From NCBI GenBank assembly GCA_964016885.1, contig OZ024745.1, forward strand, positions 56,048,001 through 56,112,000: a stretch of 64,000 bases of DNA, read 5' to 3'. The notes under the pieces are model-generated. The model made no database searches, had not been told where the DNA came from, and worked only from the letters and a program-made list of their open reading frames with translations. This document shows positions 13,940 to 27,218 of the stretch, in pieces; the stretch's first letter is position 1, and every line of letters begins with the position of its first letter. Position numbers and translations under genes: made by a program. This DNA comes from Eledone cirrhosa. Taxonomy: Eukaryota.

Positions 13940-14048
13940 GGAGGTAACCACAGTAAGTAAGGTACTCAATACATAGCAGAGTATAAAAGTTTTAATATAG
14001 ATGAGATTCCACAGGACTAGAACTGTTTCATTCTTTAGAAATCATCAT
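13940..14048 (-). mobile_element. Short hammerhead-containing element truncated within the ribozyme core (same family as 57075-57260)
   Basis: Minus strand reads UGAUGA-UUUCUAAAGAAU-GAAACAG-UUCUAGUC-CUGU and downstream GTATTGAGTACCTTA, matching 57143-57250. Confidence 0.65.
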
Positions 14049-14057
14049 ATATATATA

Positions 14058-15240
14058 AGCAAAATGATTAATGAAAGAGTTACAACATATCTTTATAAAG
14101 CTCTTACATATGTTTCGCCCAATGGGGACTCTTCTGAAGCAGATACAAAGGCAAAGTTTTTTAATAAAATACCCTGTACGGGTAGAATAATAATTTAACA
14201 TCGGCATGCATTTTTAAGTATAGAAAAATGGAGGAAAGGTCACTGTGATCTAAGGGAGGTAATTGCCGGTGCAGTGTAAAGTTACTTGTCAAACTGATTA
14301 CCGCTACCGGCATAGTAGGAAATTTTATTTATTGTTAAAAGGAGTTAACGTAATTAGGTTTGTCGACTCAATTTAATGAGGCGGTGTTAAGGTATTAGTA
14401 TGAGTATCAATTATTAGTAAAGTCATAAAAGACTATACACAAATTTAACTAGTATAAAGTTGCAAGGTCAGTGTGAGCTTGAAGGCCTAGAAAGGTGAAG
14501 AGACTTTAGATGGAATCTGTATACTTATATGATCAGTTGTCTAAGACGTTGCTTGAGTATAAGCGATGGTTCTGTAAAATTACCCAAAGATCAATCTGGC
14601 AGTGTGGAAGAATATAGCGGGGTAGGCCCAGCTGAATATATGTAGTGCAGCTCCCTGGAGGGAGAACAGAGCATGGATGATGGTGTTGTTCCAAGTTCTT
14701 TAATTGTAAGTCCACCGCAGTAACTCGAGCCAGGGTGTGGTGTTAGGAACCTCAGTTGTTATGGTGGTTAAGTAGTTGTCGGGGTCCATCTATAGAAAGA
14801 TTGTTGTAGTCTATGGCCGACTATTTATGAGGTCCTGGGCGGCTTGCACTATATAGTATAGATCCATAAAGCAGAGTTGGCAGCTTTTCTTAAAGTTGTA
14901 AGGTGTTGCTTGGTTCACAATTTCCCAATAAGTGGTGAAGCTAATGTTAGTGTCATTTAACTGGGTGATATAGTTAGCGAGGGGTGTAGAGCATCTAAGC
15001 TTCTTATTCCTAAAAGAGTGGAGGTGTGCTCGAAATCTGGTCTTGAACGACCCAGAGATAGTAAGATTTAATACTATTATGACTAGTAACAGAACATCTA
15101 TAGATAACGTTCTTAGTGAGGCAGTAGTATCGGAGTGGAAAGTTTGTAGGGCTACGACAATTGTAATGTTTATTACGGTCACCTCTAAGGTGGTGAGTGT
15201 TGGTATTAATCGTAATATTATTATTATTATCACCATAATA
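14058..15240 (-). mobile_element. 5'-truncated Penelope-like element: decayed GIY-YIG endonuclease plus 3' pLTR region
   Basis: ORF 14811-15236 contains SFKTRFRAHLHSF...STPLANYITQL...YWEIV...PYN..KSCQLC....YYI......INSR, typical of a PLE GIY-YIG C-terminus. Hammerhead near the 3' end; ends at a short TA run. Confidence 0.8.
14100..14140 (-). ncRNA. Type I hammerhead motif (core variant CAGAAGA)
   Basis: GCUU-CAGAAGA-GUCC-CCAUU-GGGC-GAAAC-AUAU-GUA-AGAGC. Confidence 0.6.
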
Positions 15241-15262
15241 ATTTAGTGTATAATTTTGCCTA

Positions 15263-15455
15263 GGAGGACGGTGGATTGGCAGTATTGGTAGAGGGCGGAC
15301 GCCATGTGTTGCAGCACAGTTGCGTCCCTTTACAGACTGAGTTCAAATCCCGCCCAGGTTAACTTTGCCTTTCATCCTTACGGGGTCGATAAAATAAAAT
15401 ACCAGTAATACACTGGGATAATTGCTGGCCTTGTGCCAAAAGTAGAAACAATTAT
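15263..15455 (+). mobile_element. tRNA-derived SINE (Octopus-type)
   Basis: A-box-like TGGCAGTATTGG, B-box GAGTTCAAATCC, central TTTCATCCTTACGGGGTCGATAAAATAAAATACCAGT and tail GGCCTTGTGCCAAAAGTAGAAACAATTATT. A second copy lies at 54300-54485. Confidence 0.85.
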
Positions 15456-15504
15456 TATTATCACCATCACCATAGCTATTATTGTAGTTGGCATTATTAT
15501 AGCT

Positions 15505-18210
15505 ATGAACACGCGAAGTGGTGCCAAGCCCACCTCTCGTCCTTTCTGCAGTTAGTGAACCGATCGTCAAATCCGACTTTCGGGGGAAAATCACTGACCC
15601 TCAATTTAGGTCTGAGGCGGCGTTTTCAATGGGTGCTCGTCGTGGAAGACCTGCGGACCCCTATCCTAGGAGCCGATTTTCTCCACCACTTCAACCTTCT
15701 GGTGGATATGAAGAACCGGAGGCTTATTGACACCACCACAACCCTCACTGTGAGAGGTATATTTACCACGCAATCCACAGTGAGCCCTGTAATTTGCCAG
15801 TCAGAGCCTTCGCGGTAGAACGGCATTCTCCAGAAATACCCAGACATCACTCGCTCGGTATTAAGGATGGTCCTATTAAGCATAGTGTCACACACCACAT
15901 CGAGACAAGAGGACCACCCACAGCTGCCCGACCAAGGAGACTGCCTCCAGACCGATTGAGAATCGCCAAACAGGAGTTCCAACACATTCTGGACCTCGGA
16001 ATCATTCGCCCTTCCTCCAGCAACTGGTCTGCCCACCTACACCTTGTTCCTAAAAAAACGAGAATGATTGGCGACCATGTGGGGATTATCGTGCGTATAT
16101 TGACGACGTGCTGGTAGCAAGTACTTCCGAGCAAGAACACGAGAAGCACTTAGATCTCCTTTTCCAACGTTTCGCTGAGTACGCTGAGTACGGTATCATC
16201 ATCAACCCCAGCAAGTGCCTTCTCAGCGTTCCTTCACTGTCCTTTCTCGGGCACATCATCGATAAAGACGGCAATCGTCCACTTCCCGAGAAAGAAGAAG
16301 CTATCCGCAGTTTTCCCGCACCTACATCATTTCGGAAACTGCGTGAATTCCTCGGTCTGGTGAATTTTTATAGGCGTTTTATCCCTCATTGTTCCGACGC
16401 AGCCAGACTCCTCACGGACCTTCTTCGTAACCGGACTCGCAAAAACGAAGAGATCAAACGAGTAAGAATTAACATCTTTTAACCGCCCGAAGGAAATATT
16501 GGCAAACGCTTCCATGCTCGTTTTCGCCAGGTCTGGCGCTCCTCTTTCGCTGCTAGTGGACGCATCAGACACGGGGGTTGGAGGCGTTTTACAACAACAT
16601 GTCGACGGCGTGTGGCAACCCTTATCCTCCTTTTCCAAGCGGTTGCAACCGGCAAAAACGAAATACAGTACCTTTGGCCACGAACTCTTGGCAACCTACC
16701 TTTCGGTTAAGCATTTTCGACACATGCTCGAAGGATCAGATTTGGTGATCTACACAGACCATAAACCACTCGTTTAAGCGTTCCGTACCAAACCTGATCG
16801 ACATTCACCGAGAGAACTCCGACACTTGGATTTTGTCTCCCAATATTCAACTGATATTCGGCATATCAAGGGATCAGACAACGTAGCAGCCGACGCCCTG
16901 TCCCGAATCCAGCTGAACGCAATACATGTGCATTCAGACATCGACCTTCAACAGATCGCAGCTGACCAAGAGACTGACGAAGAGTTTATCAAGCTCCGAG
17001 ATTCGCCATCCCTCAAGTTTCAGCAAGTTCCCATTCCTTTTGGTGCGACTTTTCTACCGGTCATGAACGACCGTACGTACCACAGATGCATCGTCGACAA
17101 GTTTTTTCTCCTTTACACTGCTTGTCTCACCCGGGAATCCAGGCTACACAGAAACTCATCTCTGCTCGTTTTGTGTGGACTAACATTAACAAGGACGTGC
17201 GCGACTGGTCTATGAGCTGCATTGCCTGCCAGAAAGCCAAAGTCCACAGACACATCAAAACTCCACTCGGCACATTCGCGCAACCTGATGCACGTTTTCA
17301 TCATGTGCATATCGTCGTCGTCGGACCCCTACCACCATCACCGAACTACACACCCTTGCTCACCTGCATAGATCAATTTTCTCGTTGGCCTGAGGCTTTT
17401 CCCATAAATGATACCTCAGCGGAAACAGTCGCTAAAACTTTGGTTTTACACTGGGCACCACGTTATGGCGCCCAGGCGGAGATAACAACGGACAGAGGAC
17501 GCCAATTCGACTCCCACCTCTTCAGGGAACTGACTCGCCTGTTAGGATGTGAACACATCCGCACGACAGCTAATCACCCGCAAGCTAATGGTCTCGTGGA
17601 AAGATTCCATTGCCAATTGAAAGCTGCAATAAAAGCATATCCAGACAAGACCCACTGGTTTGAATACCTACCACTCATCCTTCTGGGCATTCGATCCACC
17701 GTTAAAGAGGAATTCGGACACACACCTGCAGAAGTAGTGTACGGCACCACCCTGGTTCTACCTGGTCAGATGGTTGCTCCCATCTCTCCTCAGGATGTTC
17801 CAGACCCAGGATCATACGTACACCGTCTTCAACAATATATGTCTCACCTTGCTCCTGCAAGCACCTGTCAACAGAACACGGCCACACACGTACCTTCAGA
17901 CATTAAAGATTGGACACACATTTTCGTTCGAAACGACACCATCTCAGCTCATCTTCGACCTCCATATTATGGCTCTTATCCTGTTCTAAAAAAATATCCG
18001 AAATATTTTATTCTCGATCTAGATGGTAAACAGAATTCTGTCAGCGTGGACAGATTAAAAAAAGCCATCATGGATACTGTTTCAGTCTCTACACCAGAAA
18101 CTCCAACAGATTGCTGTCCCAGCGAGCCACCTGTTTCATCTCCAGTCACGAGAAGTGGACGACGCGTCCATTGGCCCGCCAAGTTGGCACAATATGTGAA
18201 TTACCGTTAA
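15505..18210 (+). pseudogene. pol: Gypsy pol pseudogene (protease, internally deleted RT, RNase H, integrase)
   Basis: ILGADFL (protease C-terminus); IIRPSSSNWS..LHLVPKK, WRPCGDYR, YIDD (RT); LLVDAS..GVG, KYSTF..ELLA, IYTDHKPL, DNVAADALSR (RNase H); [21 protein letters not shown] (integrase). Multiple frameshifts and stops; the first integrase catalytic Asp reads HIVVVG instead of HIDxVG. Confidence 0.95.
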
Positions 18211-19136
18211 CCTCAAGTGAGTTTCTTAATCATTCTTCGTGCAAAACATTTCCATTTTTCTTGTGTTTACTATTTCCAGTTTCAAATACAATGAACTTTC
18301 TGCTTGAACAATTGCAATTTTTAGTGACCATGTGCTCATGTCACGAAAAACATTATTTATTATGAACATTATTTATTACAAACACGATTTAAAAACAAAC
18401 ATTGTGTATATCATTGTGTATAACATTTTTTTTTTCTTCTCTCTCTTGTTTTGCAATTTTTTTTTTTTTCTTGTTCTGTAACATTGATTGTGTAAATGCC
18501 ATACTTTTTATATACATACAAGGCGTGTACATATTCTGTTTTTCATGCACACTACAAAACCAGGTTTGTTTCATCTTTTGGTTCATACACGGAGCAATAG
18601 ATATTTGTGTCCCTCTAACTCTTACACTACAAAATGTTTTCTCTTTGATCACGCATTTCACAAATCGCATCCTCAAAACACTGGCCTTCATTTTTCACGT
18701 ACACATTCACTCAATAGCTCGAGAATGCCTCGCTATTTTTTTACCACATGCATTCGCTCAAGTCATATGCTGTGGAGCAAACTGTTACTTTTAGGCAGCA
18801 AGATTACGGCCATTCAGTTCATCTGTTATCTTCACTGCCCAGTTAGACTTTTTGTCACGCAATTCACAGGCAGCTCAACCCAAATTGCAACAGGCTCATT
18901 CATCACGCCTGCATAAATCTGGTCAAAGTCATTTTATTTAGTTTATTTCTTTTTTCTCTTCCTGACACACACTTCTTGCCATATCATCTCTACATCGACT
19001 CTGTCCTGTACTCGATGATCACAACATTTCACAACGTGCTGGACACTTCTGGGGCTATTGTCATGACAAATGCACCACTGGCCCATTACTATACGATATT
19101 TCGCTCTTTTGATGTACAGAAGATCTGGCAAGGGGA

Positions 19137-19493
19137 TAATTTACATCCACCGGAAATAACATCTGTGAAATATACAGCGCCATCTACCTGTTAGCTAGCT
19201 ACCTCACCGTGAAACAAAACAACCCTTAAAAGCTACCATAATAAACGCCTACACAGCGGCTAAACATCAACAAATTATTTATGTATAAATAGAGTGGTTC
19301 CAAACACTTCGCCAGTTGACTTTTGGCAGAGTCAGCTAGCGCATCGTTGTTCCTTTACTCTGCCACGCTTAGTCACTCACACACGCCTTGTACATTGTAT
19401 CGTCGTCTCATGTGAAAATAAATAGCTGATCGAATTTACATCTCGCCTTGCTTCGTCCTTTCAACTTGTGCTTTCGTCTGTCCATCCTCACCA
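19137..19493 (+). repeat. Putative 3' LTR of the Gypsy element
   Basis: Follows the PPT, contains TATAAATA (~19284) and AATAAA (~19417), and ends ..CCTCACCA. No second LTR is present to confirm the boundaries. Confidence 0.6.
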
Positions 19494-19495
19494 GT

Positions 19496-19640
19496 GACAA
19501 CAGTTCTTTTAAGGGCTATCTTCAGATCTCATCAGACCGTATGGGACAACAGTTCTGTTAAGAGTTATCTTCAGATCTGATCAGACTGTATGCGATAACA
19601 TTCTTTCTAAGGGCTATTCTTGGATCTTATCAGAAGTAGT
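19496..19640. repeat. Diverged tandem repeat, ~49-bp unit x3
   Basis: ACAACAGTTCT(T/G)TTAAG(G/A)G(C/T)TATCTTCAGATCT(C/G)ATCAGAC.GTATG.G repeated. Confidence 0.8.
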
Positions 19641-19664
19641 GACCAGACTGACTAACCACGTCGC

Positions 19665-19705
<41 letters not shown>

Positions 19706-19708
<3 letters not shown>

Positions 19709-20231
19709 AGAGTATTGAAGTTTGCTTGAAGCATTGTGGAATAATAAGGTACATTTCTTTAAGTCGTTTTGAAGCCTCGACAATGCAGATGGGTAAATCT
19801 CCGGGTAACAAGATCCGGTGGTGGGGAGAGAGATGTAAGTGGGTGTACGTTGAGATGCGTGGCGTGTATAAGACTGTAACGTGTAGAGGAATGAAGCAAA
19901 GAGCGTAAAGGATAAAAATATAAACAACGAACAGCGGAGGACACGTATCGCACCTTTCCGGCAGATCCCCCCCCCCCCGAACAAAACCCAGTTGATGGAT
20001 GTGAATCCGAAATATATAGGGACAATTAAATCTCTCCCAAGGTAACTCTTTCTCGTGTTGTTATTTTTATTTTTATCCTTTACGCTCTTTGCTTCATTCC
20101 TCTACACGCTACAGTCTTATACACGCCACGCATCTCAACGTACACCCACTTACATCCCCCTCTCCACCACCGGATCTTGTTACCCGGAGATTTACCCATC
20201 TGCATTGTCGAGGCTTCCAAACGACTTAAAG

Positions 20232-20232
<1 letters not shown>
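19706..20232. mobile_element. (TA)n-nested fold-back element with ~175-bp inverted arms
   Basis: 19756-19928 is the reverse complement of 20057-20232. The spacer holds a degenerate hammerhead-like CCC-AGUUGA-UGGAU..AUCC-GAAAUAUAUA-GGG (19987-20021). Confidence 0.85.
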
Positions 20233-20288
<56 letters not shown>

Positions 20289-20749
20289 ATGTCTGTGTGT
20301 GTCTGTGTATAATTACAGTCAGCTGCTATGAGATTGGCTTATAAAAACTGTATATAGACCTTTAAAGACGGAAAGAATGTTCCAACGGCCGCTACGAAGA
20401 ATAAACATTCAACTAAGGTACCCATGACATCACCGTGCCGTCGAAACTATGTCGCTAAATGAAGCAGCTTCTGAAATTGTAAAAAGACGTCGTTTGTGAA
20501 GTTCAAATTTTCGAACCACTGAGGAAATAAATTGATAAGAGAATGTAGTATACTTACACACAGAACATAACTGCAATTACTATTAGTTACGACTAGGCAT
20601 CCTATACCCGCTTATAAAATTATTTCTTTGGCGCTTTGAAAGTTCGAATATTCAAGTTTCATACACGGTGTCTTAAATCACTGAATCAGACACTTTCGTC
20701 TCTGGCCAAATCTCATCAACTTTTTCAAGTTCGACTTGGAAAGAAAGGT

Positions 20750-21075
20750 GCAGAATGATAGGGTGGTGCTGCCCTCCCGTACATTTGTTAAAGGAGGGAG
20801 AAAATAGTGAGGATGTCCTGAGTGGGAGAGCCTATTCTGAGCATACGTTTATCGACTGGAGAGTTTGGTGAGGGGAGGGGTGTCTTCTCATGATAGTGTT
20901 AAATCACCCCTAGGCGGTACTCACCCGATTGGCAATAACCGTTGTTTGTATTTTATTGTTAAATGTTACCTGTTTGTTTACAAGTTTTTTTAATTATTTG
21001 CCAATCCCCAATGTTCCTATTTTCATGTATTGTCATTTATGCTTCACATCTAGTGGACAATAAAGAAAAATATAT
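20750..21075 (+). mobile_element. Second L1/Tx1-like 3' end remnant
   Basis: Remnant ..RVVLPSRTFVK..IVRMS.VGEPILSI.. followed by a T-rich UTR and TAGTGGACAATAAAG, similar in layout to 3180-3760. Confidence 0.45.
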
Positions 21076-21128
21076 TACTGCAGTTCTTTTTTCCTGCTGT
21101 TTTTTTGTTATATTTATTCGCATTAATA

Positions 21129-21180
<52 letters not shown>

Positions 21181-22299
21181 TAGCAGCAGCAGTAATAGTA
21201 GTAGTAGATGTTGTTGTTGTTGTAGCGGTCTTCAGGACGACATCTGGAAAAATAGTTAGGGCACCGGACAAGCTCTTGTGTATATAAAATCATGCCAAAT
21301 TGGCTTGGCTTCGATTATTACGTAATAACGTGTAACGTAATTGAAGTATGCAGTTATATACAGTTATTACATTTTTAGATATTAGTTAATATATACACTT
21401 GAAATAACGTATACAACACTAACTAATATAACCCCCTAGTATAATGTTCCCTGCTGTTTCGATTCCAGACTATGTTCATAACTATTACTAATCATTTTGG
21501 CAAATAGAAAAAGTTGAGTGTTGTATATATCAAATTGAACTAAATTCGCGTGCTTCCGATATATTCCGTCGATTAACTTTGAGAAATTTGAACTTCACCA
21601 GATTTGTAAACATACGTTAACGGAACGATGTTAATTGTCAACACTGTAGTTCCTTTCATATTCAACGTTCTTCCGAGATAATGAAATTAAAGTATATTCT
21701 TCTGAATTATTGATTACTTGCGTGCAGAGAGGTTATAAATAGATGTCTAGTTAAAGATCTAGATTTTCACCCTTCGAAAAACAAAACAAACAACATTTAT
21801 TCTATCTTCATTGTTCACCGAAGCAAACATGAATCAACGTTTATATTTTTTTAACCGACATTGATTCATTTGTGTCTGAAAAGTAATATATGGCGAAAAC
21901 ATATGTTTGCAGAGTCTATGACATAACACTGGTTTCTTTTATTGGCAGAGAGCCTGTGGGATATTTTCTGTTGCACAAAATAAATGAGAGTTGTAATATT
22001 CATGGCTTTTTCGAAGAGAAATTGAGGTCTGAATGAATAAATGTAACTAGATATTTAGAAATAAAAATATATTTTTTCGAATTATTCTTTCATAAAATAC
22101 GTCATTCGCTTAAATATAGTATTATTTCTCTTTTACTAATAATTCCCTCTATTCAAAGAATGATGCAAGAAGAAAGATATCTGTTATGTCTTTGAAAATA
22201 GATAAGGCAAGTATAATAATATGAGGACCTCATTGAATGGTCGGATTGATGGTATTGATTTTAAAGTCATATATCATTTACTTGATGTCTGTTAGAAAG

Positions 22300-22660
22300 C
22301 CGTGACCGCGGAAGTAAGATTACAGCGGTGTTTAGAGTGTGAGGATATGATGAAAGTCAACAGTATGTAAAAGGAGACTCAGGGAGACGTTAATTCGATG
22401 CGAATATGTGAAATAAGTATGCATCAGAGGACCGGAGTAATTCATAGTTGAATTAAAGAATGGAACATGAGGATTGATATTATGTTCGATTATTATAATG
22501 TTGAGGTAATCTATGATATTCTTTATTATAGTTTGCCGATGGAAGGAAGAGTGGCAATCTCTCAAAGTCTGCTGAGAAGTAAAAGTTTCTAATGACCAGC
22601 TAGTAGTGCTGTTAGATTGATCAACTGAATAAGTATTCAACATATAAAAATATCTAAACC
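22300..22660 (-). pseudogene. Highly decayed Penelope-like RT C-terminal fragment
   Basis: HSSFHRQTIIKNI...VPFFNSTMNYSG resembles the PLE motif SNHPPxIIKNI...PxYxxALxxSG. Confidence 0.4.
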
Positions 22661-23299
22661 TTCGAACAACTTTTTCACGAATACCGTTGACGTATTCTTC
22701 CCACGGAAATTTCGTAGAAATGATTGTGACGCATAGACGGATTGATACTTAAATCGTGTAGTTGCAATGTGACATTCTCAACGCACAGCCTTGATTATCA
22801 ATTAAAATATGATTTGGTTGAAATATTAAGAAATTACTTTTTGCCCTCTCATGCACACCATTTTTATATATACGAATTTAATATATTCAAAATTGAATCA
22901 ATATTTTTATCGAATACGAATCACGAACACAAAAAAAACTATACAAATATATTAGAAAATTTAACTTAAAAAAAAAGCTGAATTTAATATGGTTCTATAT
23001 ATACCATTGATGTCAATTTTCCCTACAAAAGTTATTTGAAGATTCATGCTGGGGAGTGCAACCTTGGTGTGAATGGTTTTCTAATCCCATGGTCAGTGCT
23101 GTGCAATATTTTTCCATCTTCAGGGTTTATATGCCAAACCTATCAGACTTTTTTTTTTCATATTTAAACAAAGTTGATGCTTCTTTCTTCTATTGACACT
23201 TCTTTATGACCAGCTCAGCGTTGTTGTGATTTCATACGAAAGGTGTCAATGCCTCAAATCTTACACCTAGTGAAAAGGTCAGCGTTAGATATTTTGTGT

Positions 23300-23600
23300 T
23301 TTGTGTGTACCTACAGATTGCGCAAAGACGACCTTTATGTAAAAAGTCTAGTTGTGTGTTGTGTAACCTATATGCAGTCCATATTTCTGATACATATAAG
23401 AATTTGGTCAGTACACAGCTTTATAAACCTGTATATCGGTGTCCCGTTATGTGCCTGTCAAATATCCAAAGGCAATGTCGGAGCCTGTCAAATACAATCG
23501 TGTCTTTCTTTTGATATACGATTTATTATCTCGTTATGGAGGGATGCATTTGAGTTCACCTTATTGCCAAGATATGTGAAGGATTTCACATACTTGAGAT
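23300..23600 (-). pseudogene. RTE-type LINE RT C-terminal remnant
   Basis: KYVKSFTYLGNKVNSNASLHNEIINRISK matches the RTE pattern V..F.YLGS.......EI..RI.K. Confidence 0.6.
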
Positions 23601-24945
23601 TCTTCTTGGTAAGAGTGATGAAGAATGTGTCCCGCATGTGCGATCCAACTGAAATGGAAAGACACATACAACATTCATCACTCGCATGCAGATCTCTGGC
23701 TACAACCAAAGAGACGGTTTTAGAGTGTACAAAGGAGCCACGGAGAAATATAAGACCCTCATAGATATGGACATGAAAGGGATTTGCCCATTGTACAGGA
23801 GCAAATCATGGAATAGCATAGATAGGACTAAACATAAGATATGGAAAGCCACTTCATGGTATGACAACCAGAGATAACAGAGTGTCATGTTTGTGGATGC
23901 AACCCCTGGAGGTTAATTAGCTAACAAATTTAGAAAGGCCCGAAGAGATGCATTTAAAGATTAAAGTGTTAGAAAAGCCAGGAACTACCATAAAACCCCT
24001 GATCACCAAAACATACCCCTTTAAGTTTAACCCATTGTATTAATATAAATGTGTTATATGTAGAATAAATCCATAAATAAATTGTAAATCTAGAAATGTA
24101 GTCTATAGCATAAGATGTACAGAGGGTACTTGCAAAAACATGACAACCACATACATAGGTGAGACAGCTCGGAGCATAGGGGAGATTAGACCAACACTGA
24201 GGTGAACTAAAAGGACAAAAAGACGGTTCGGAACATGCCAGACAAAGATATGATGGTAATATAGACAACATAGAAATTAAAACAATATCTACATATAGAA
24301 ATGACTCAACGGGCTGATACATCAGAGAAACACCCGAAATAGAACTAAGAAAACCTAAGTTGAACAGAAGTAATGAATGGAATAACAACAACACAACAAC
24401 AACAACCTTACACAAACACACAATAGTAACCTAAGATAAATTTAGATAAATATACACAAGCACAATAACAACAACTACACATAAACACACACTAGTGAAC
24501 AACGATAGAGAACAAACACACACAGACTCAGACACGAACACACACCAAATAGAAATCACACACACAAACGCATGCGCTGAGACAAGAGTAAAAAAATAAA
24601 TAAAAATAAAAATGGAATAAGCATTACAATACAACTGGTGGAAACATAATAGTACCACTGATGATGTCACAGGTGTGTGATGGATGAAATTTGATAGACT
24701 ATATATATATATATACACGTATATATATATATTTATATCTCTATTTTTAACCGTTGGTCAATCAATGATGAACATTCATTGCCAGCTAAATTAACTATAG
24801 AGATATAAAATATACAGAAGCGAAAACCAATCGACACCAAACAGTCAGTGTTTTATTATTATTTCTGACAATATTATAACAATATGACCCTCCCCAAATA
24901 TAACAATGCTTGTTTCAACCCAAGACTTCATATCAACTTGCAAAA
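23600..24945 (+). mobile_element. Decayed 5'-truncated Penelope-like element related to 32762-35031
   Basis: LVRVMKNVSRMC..MQISGYNQRD..GICPLYRSK.WN..VMFVDATP..CKSRNVVYSIRCTEGTC..YIGETARSIG with frameshifts. pLTR ~24380-24945 carries a degenerate hammerhead (~24656-24700). Confidence 0.9.
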
Positions 24946-25016
24946 CACACACACACACACACATATATGTATATATATATATTATATATCTATAGAGATT
25001 CATATATATATAGAGA

Positions 25017-25111
<95 letters not shown>

Positions 25112-25164
25112 ATATATCACTCCCCCACACACCCTCGGAACTCCCCCCCCACACACACACACAC

Positions 25165-25287
25165 ACACTTATCTCCTGAAGAAGGGCTTATGCTCGAAAC
25201 GTCGTTCCCCACCCCACCACCCTCAAGAGCGTTAAACTAATAAACCTTTGTTTGTACTGCCTCTCTGTTTTGTTCCCGTTCCATTTT

Positions 25288-25292
<5 letters not shown>
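25165..25292 (+). mobile_element. Short microsatellite-nested fragment with minimal hammerhead core
   Basis: CUC-CUGAAGA-A-GGGC-UUAU-GCUC-GAAAC-GUC at 25173-25203; stem I 3' strand is poor. Confidence 0.55.
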
Positions 25293-25355
<63 letters not shown>

Positions 25356-25361
<6 letters not shown>

Positions 25362-25727
25362 ATTAAATAAATGGAAACTATATTTCTAAAACCATATTTA
25401 TTTCATTATATATATTTCAGGGATATCATATTAACAATATGCTATGCCTTCCTCAGACAAAATACAATATAAACAGTTTTATAGATAAATAGATTTGACA
25501 TACCGTAACAACATCGACTTGTATTTGAAAAGTTGAATTGGCAATTCAACTTTTTCAAATACAAGTCGATGTTGTTACGGTATGTCAAATCTATTTATCT
25601 ATAAAACTGTTTATATTGTATTTTGTCTGAGGAAGGCATAGCATATTGTTAATATGATATCCCTGAAATATATATAATGAAATAAATATGGTTTTATAAA
25701 TATAGTTTCCATTTATTTAATATTGTA
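25356..25727. repeat. Near-perfect ~370-bp palindrome in a (TA)n-nested element
   Basis: ~185-bp arms centred on GAATTG-G-CAATTC (25541). Each arm carries a hammerhead-like CUGAGGA-AGG...CCU-GAAAUAUAUA (25623-25680 on +). Confidence 0.95.
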
Positions 25728-25816
25728 AATATACTCCAAATACTTGTCGAGTGCTTTTATATCAGTTATAAATATTTACTTGTTGTAACCCAACAATTTA
25801 AATATAACTTTCCATG

Positions 25817-26644
<828 letters not shown>

Positions 26645-26675
26645 TATATGTGTGTGTGTGTGTGTATGTATGTTA

Positions 26676-27218
26676 TGTCGGGTCACTCTTGCGTGCTACT
26701 GGTAACATGTAACCCAACCCAGTACAACTGTCGCATGGTCGGGTCCTCGGAGACTAAGACTAAACCGGCAACCCCACCAAGTTTACTTGGTAAAGGGGTG
26801 ATTTGGGACACGCTGCAGGACAAAAAACAAAAACCTGACAGAGAGCCGAAGAACTCATAACAGTCAACGGCCGTCCAAAAATGTGTAAATATGTATATAG
26901 ACATGTACCGCGCGGTTAAACCACTGGGAATGAAGGACCCCTAGTCTTTGTCAGGGCATTCTTCTAGGAGAAGGCAACTCAGGAAACTGGGATAACTCCG
27001 ATATAAAACATGGGGTTCAGAAGTTACCGATGATGTTGATCTTTTCTTCTTTTCGGGTTATAGCTACTGTCGGTCAGAGAGTGGGATTGGCTCAGTGTAC
27101 AGTCTTTTCTCATTTTAAAACATATCTTCACGCACAGGCATAGAATTAATTAATAATTATTAATAATGGTATATCGTTCTATGGCCATACTCGATAACGA
27201 GGGGGCAGCCATCATCAT
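26676..27218 (+). mobile_element. Non-autonomous interspersed element with (ATGT)n tail, probably LINE-mobilised
   Basis: Homologous to 48431-49146 (GGTCGGGTC..GACTAAAC.GGCAACCCCACCAAG...GGCCATACTCGATAACGAGGGG.CAGCCATCAT) and to a fragment at 50290-50342. Confidence 0.8.

Larger units (their letters stand above)
15505..19493 (+). mobile_element. 5'-truncated Ty3/Gypsy LTR retrotransposon (no gag, no 5' LTR visible)
   Basis: Domain order protease-RT-RNase H-integrase, then a polypurine tract (GGCAAGGGGA ~19127-19136) and an LTR-like segment. Confidence 0.9.

Noticed and set aside
19496-19640. CRISPR-like or ribozyme reading of the 49-bp tandem (CUGAUGA on the minus strand)
   Set aside because: No unique spacers, eukaryotic context and no GAAA half; it is a simple diverged tandem repeat.
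20963-21287. Poly-Ser/Ala/Thr ORFs, also poly-Leu at 30166-30429
   Set aside because: They are (CAG)n/(TAG)n trinucleotide repeats with no flanking protein signal.
26676-26775. Possible HDV-like ribozyme at the 5' end of the (ATGT)n element
   Set aside because: A P2-like pairing and a CUAA motif are present, but no convincing P1/P1.1 nested pseudoknot could be built by eye.
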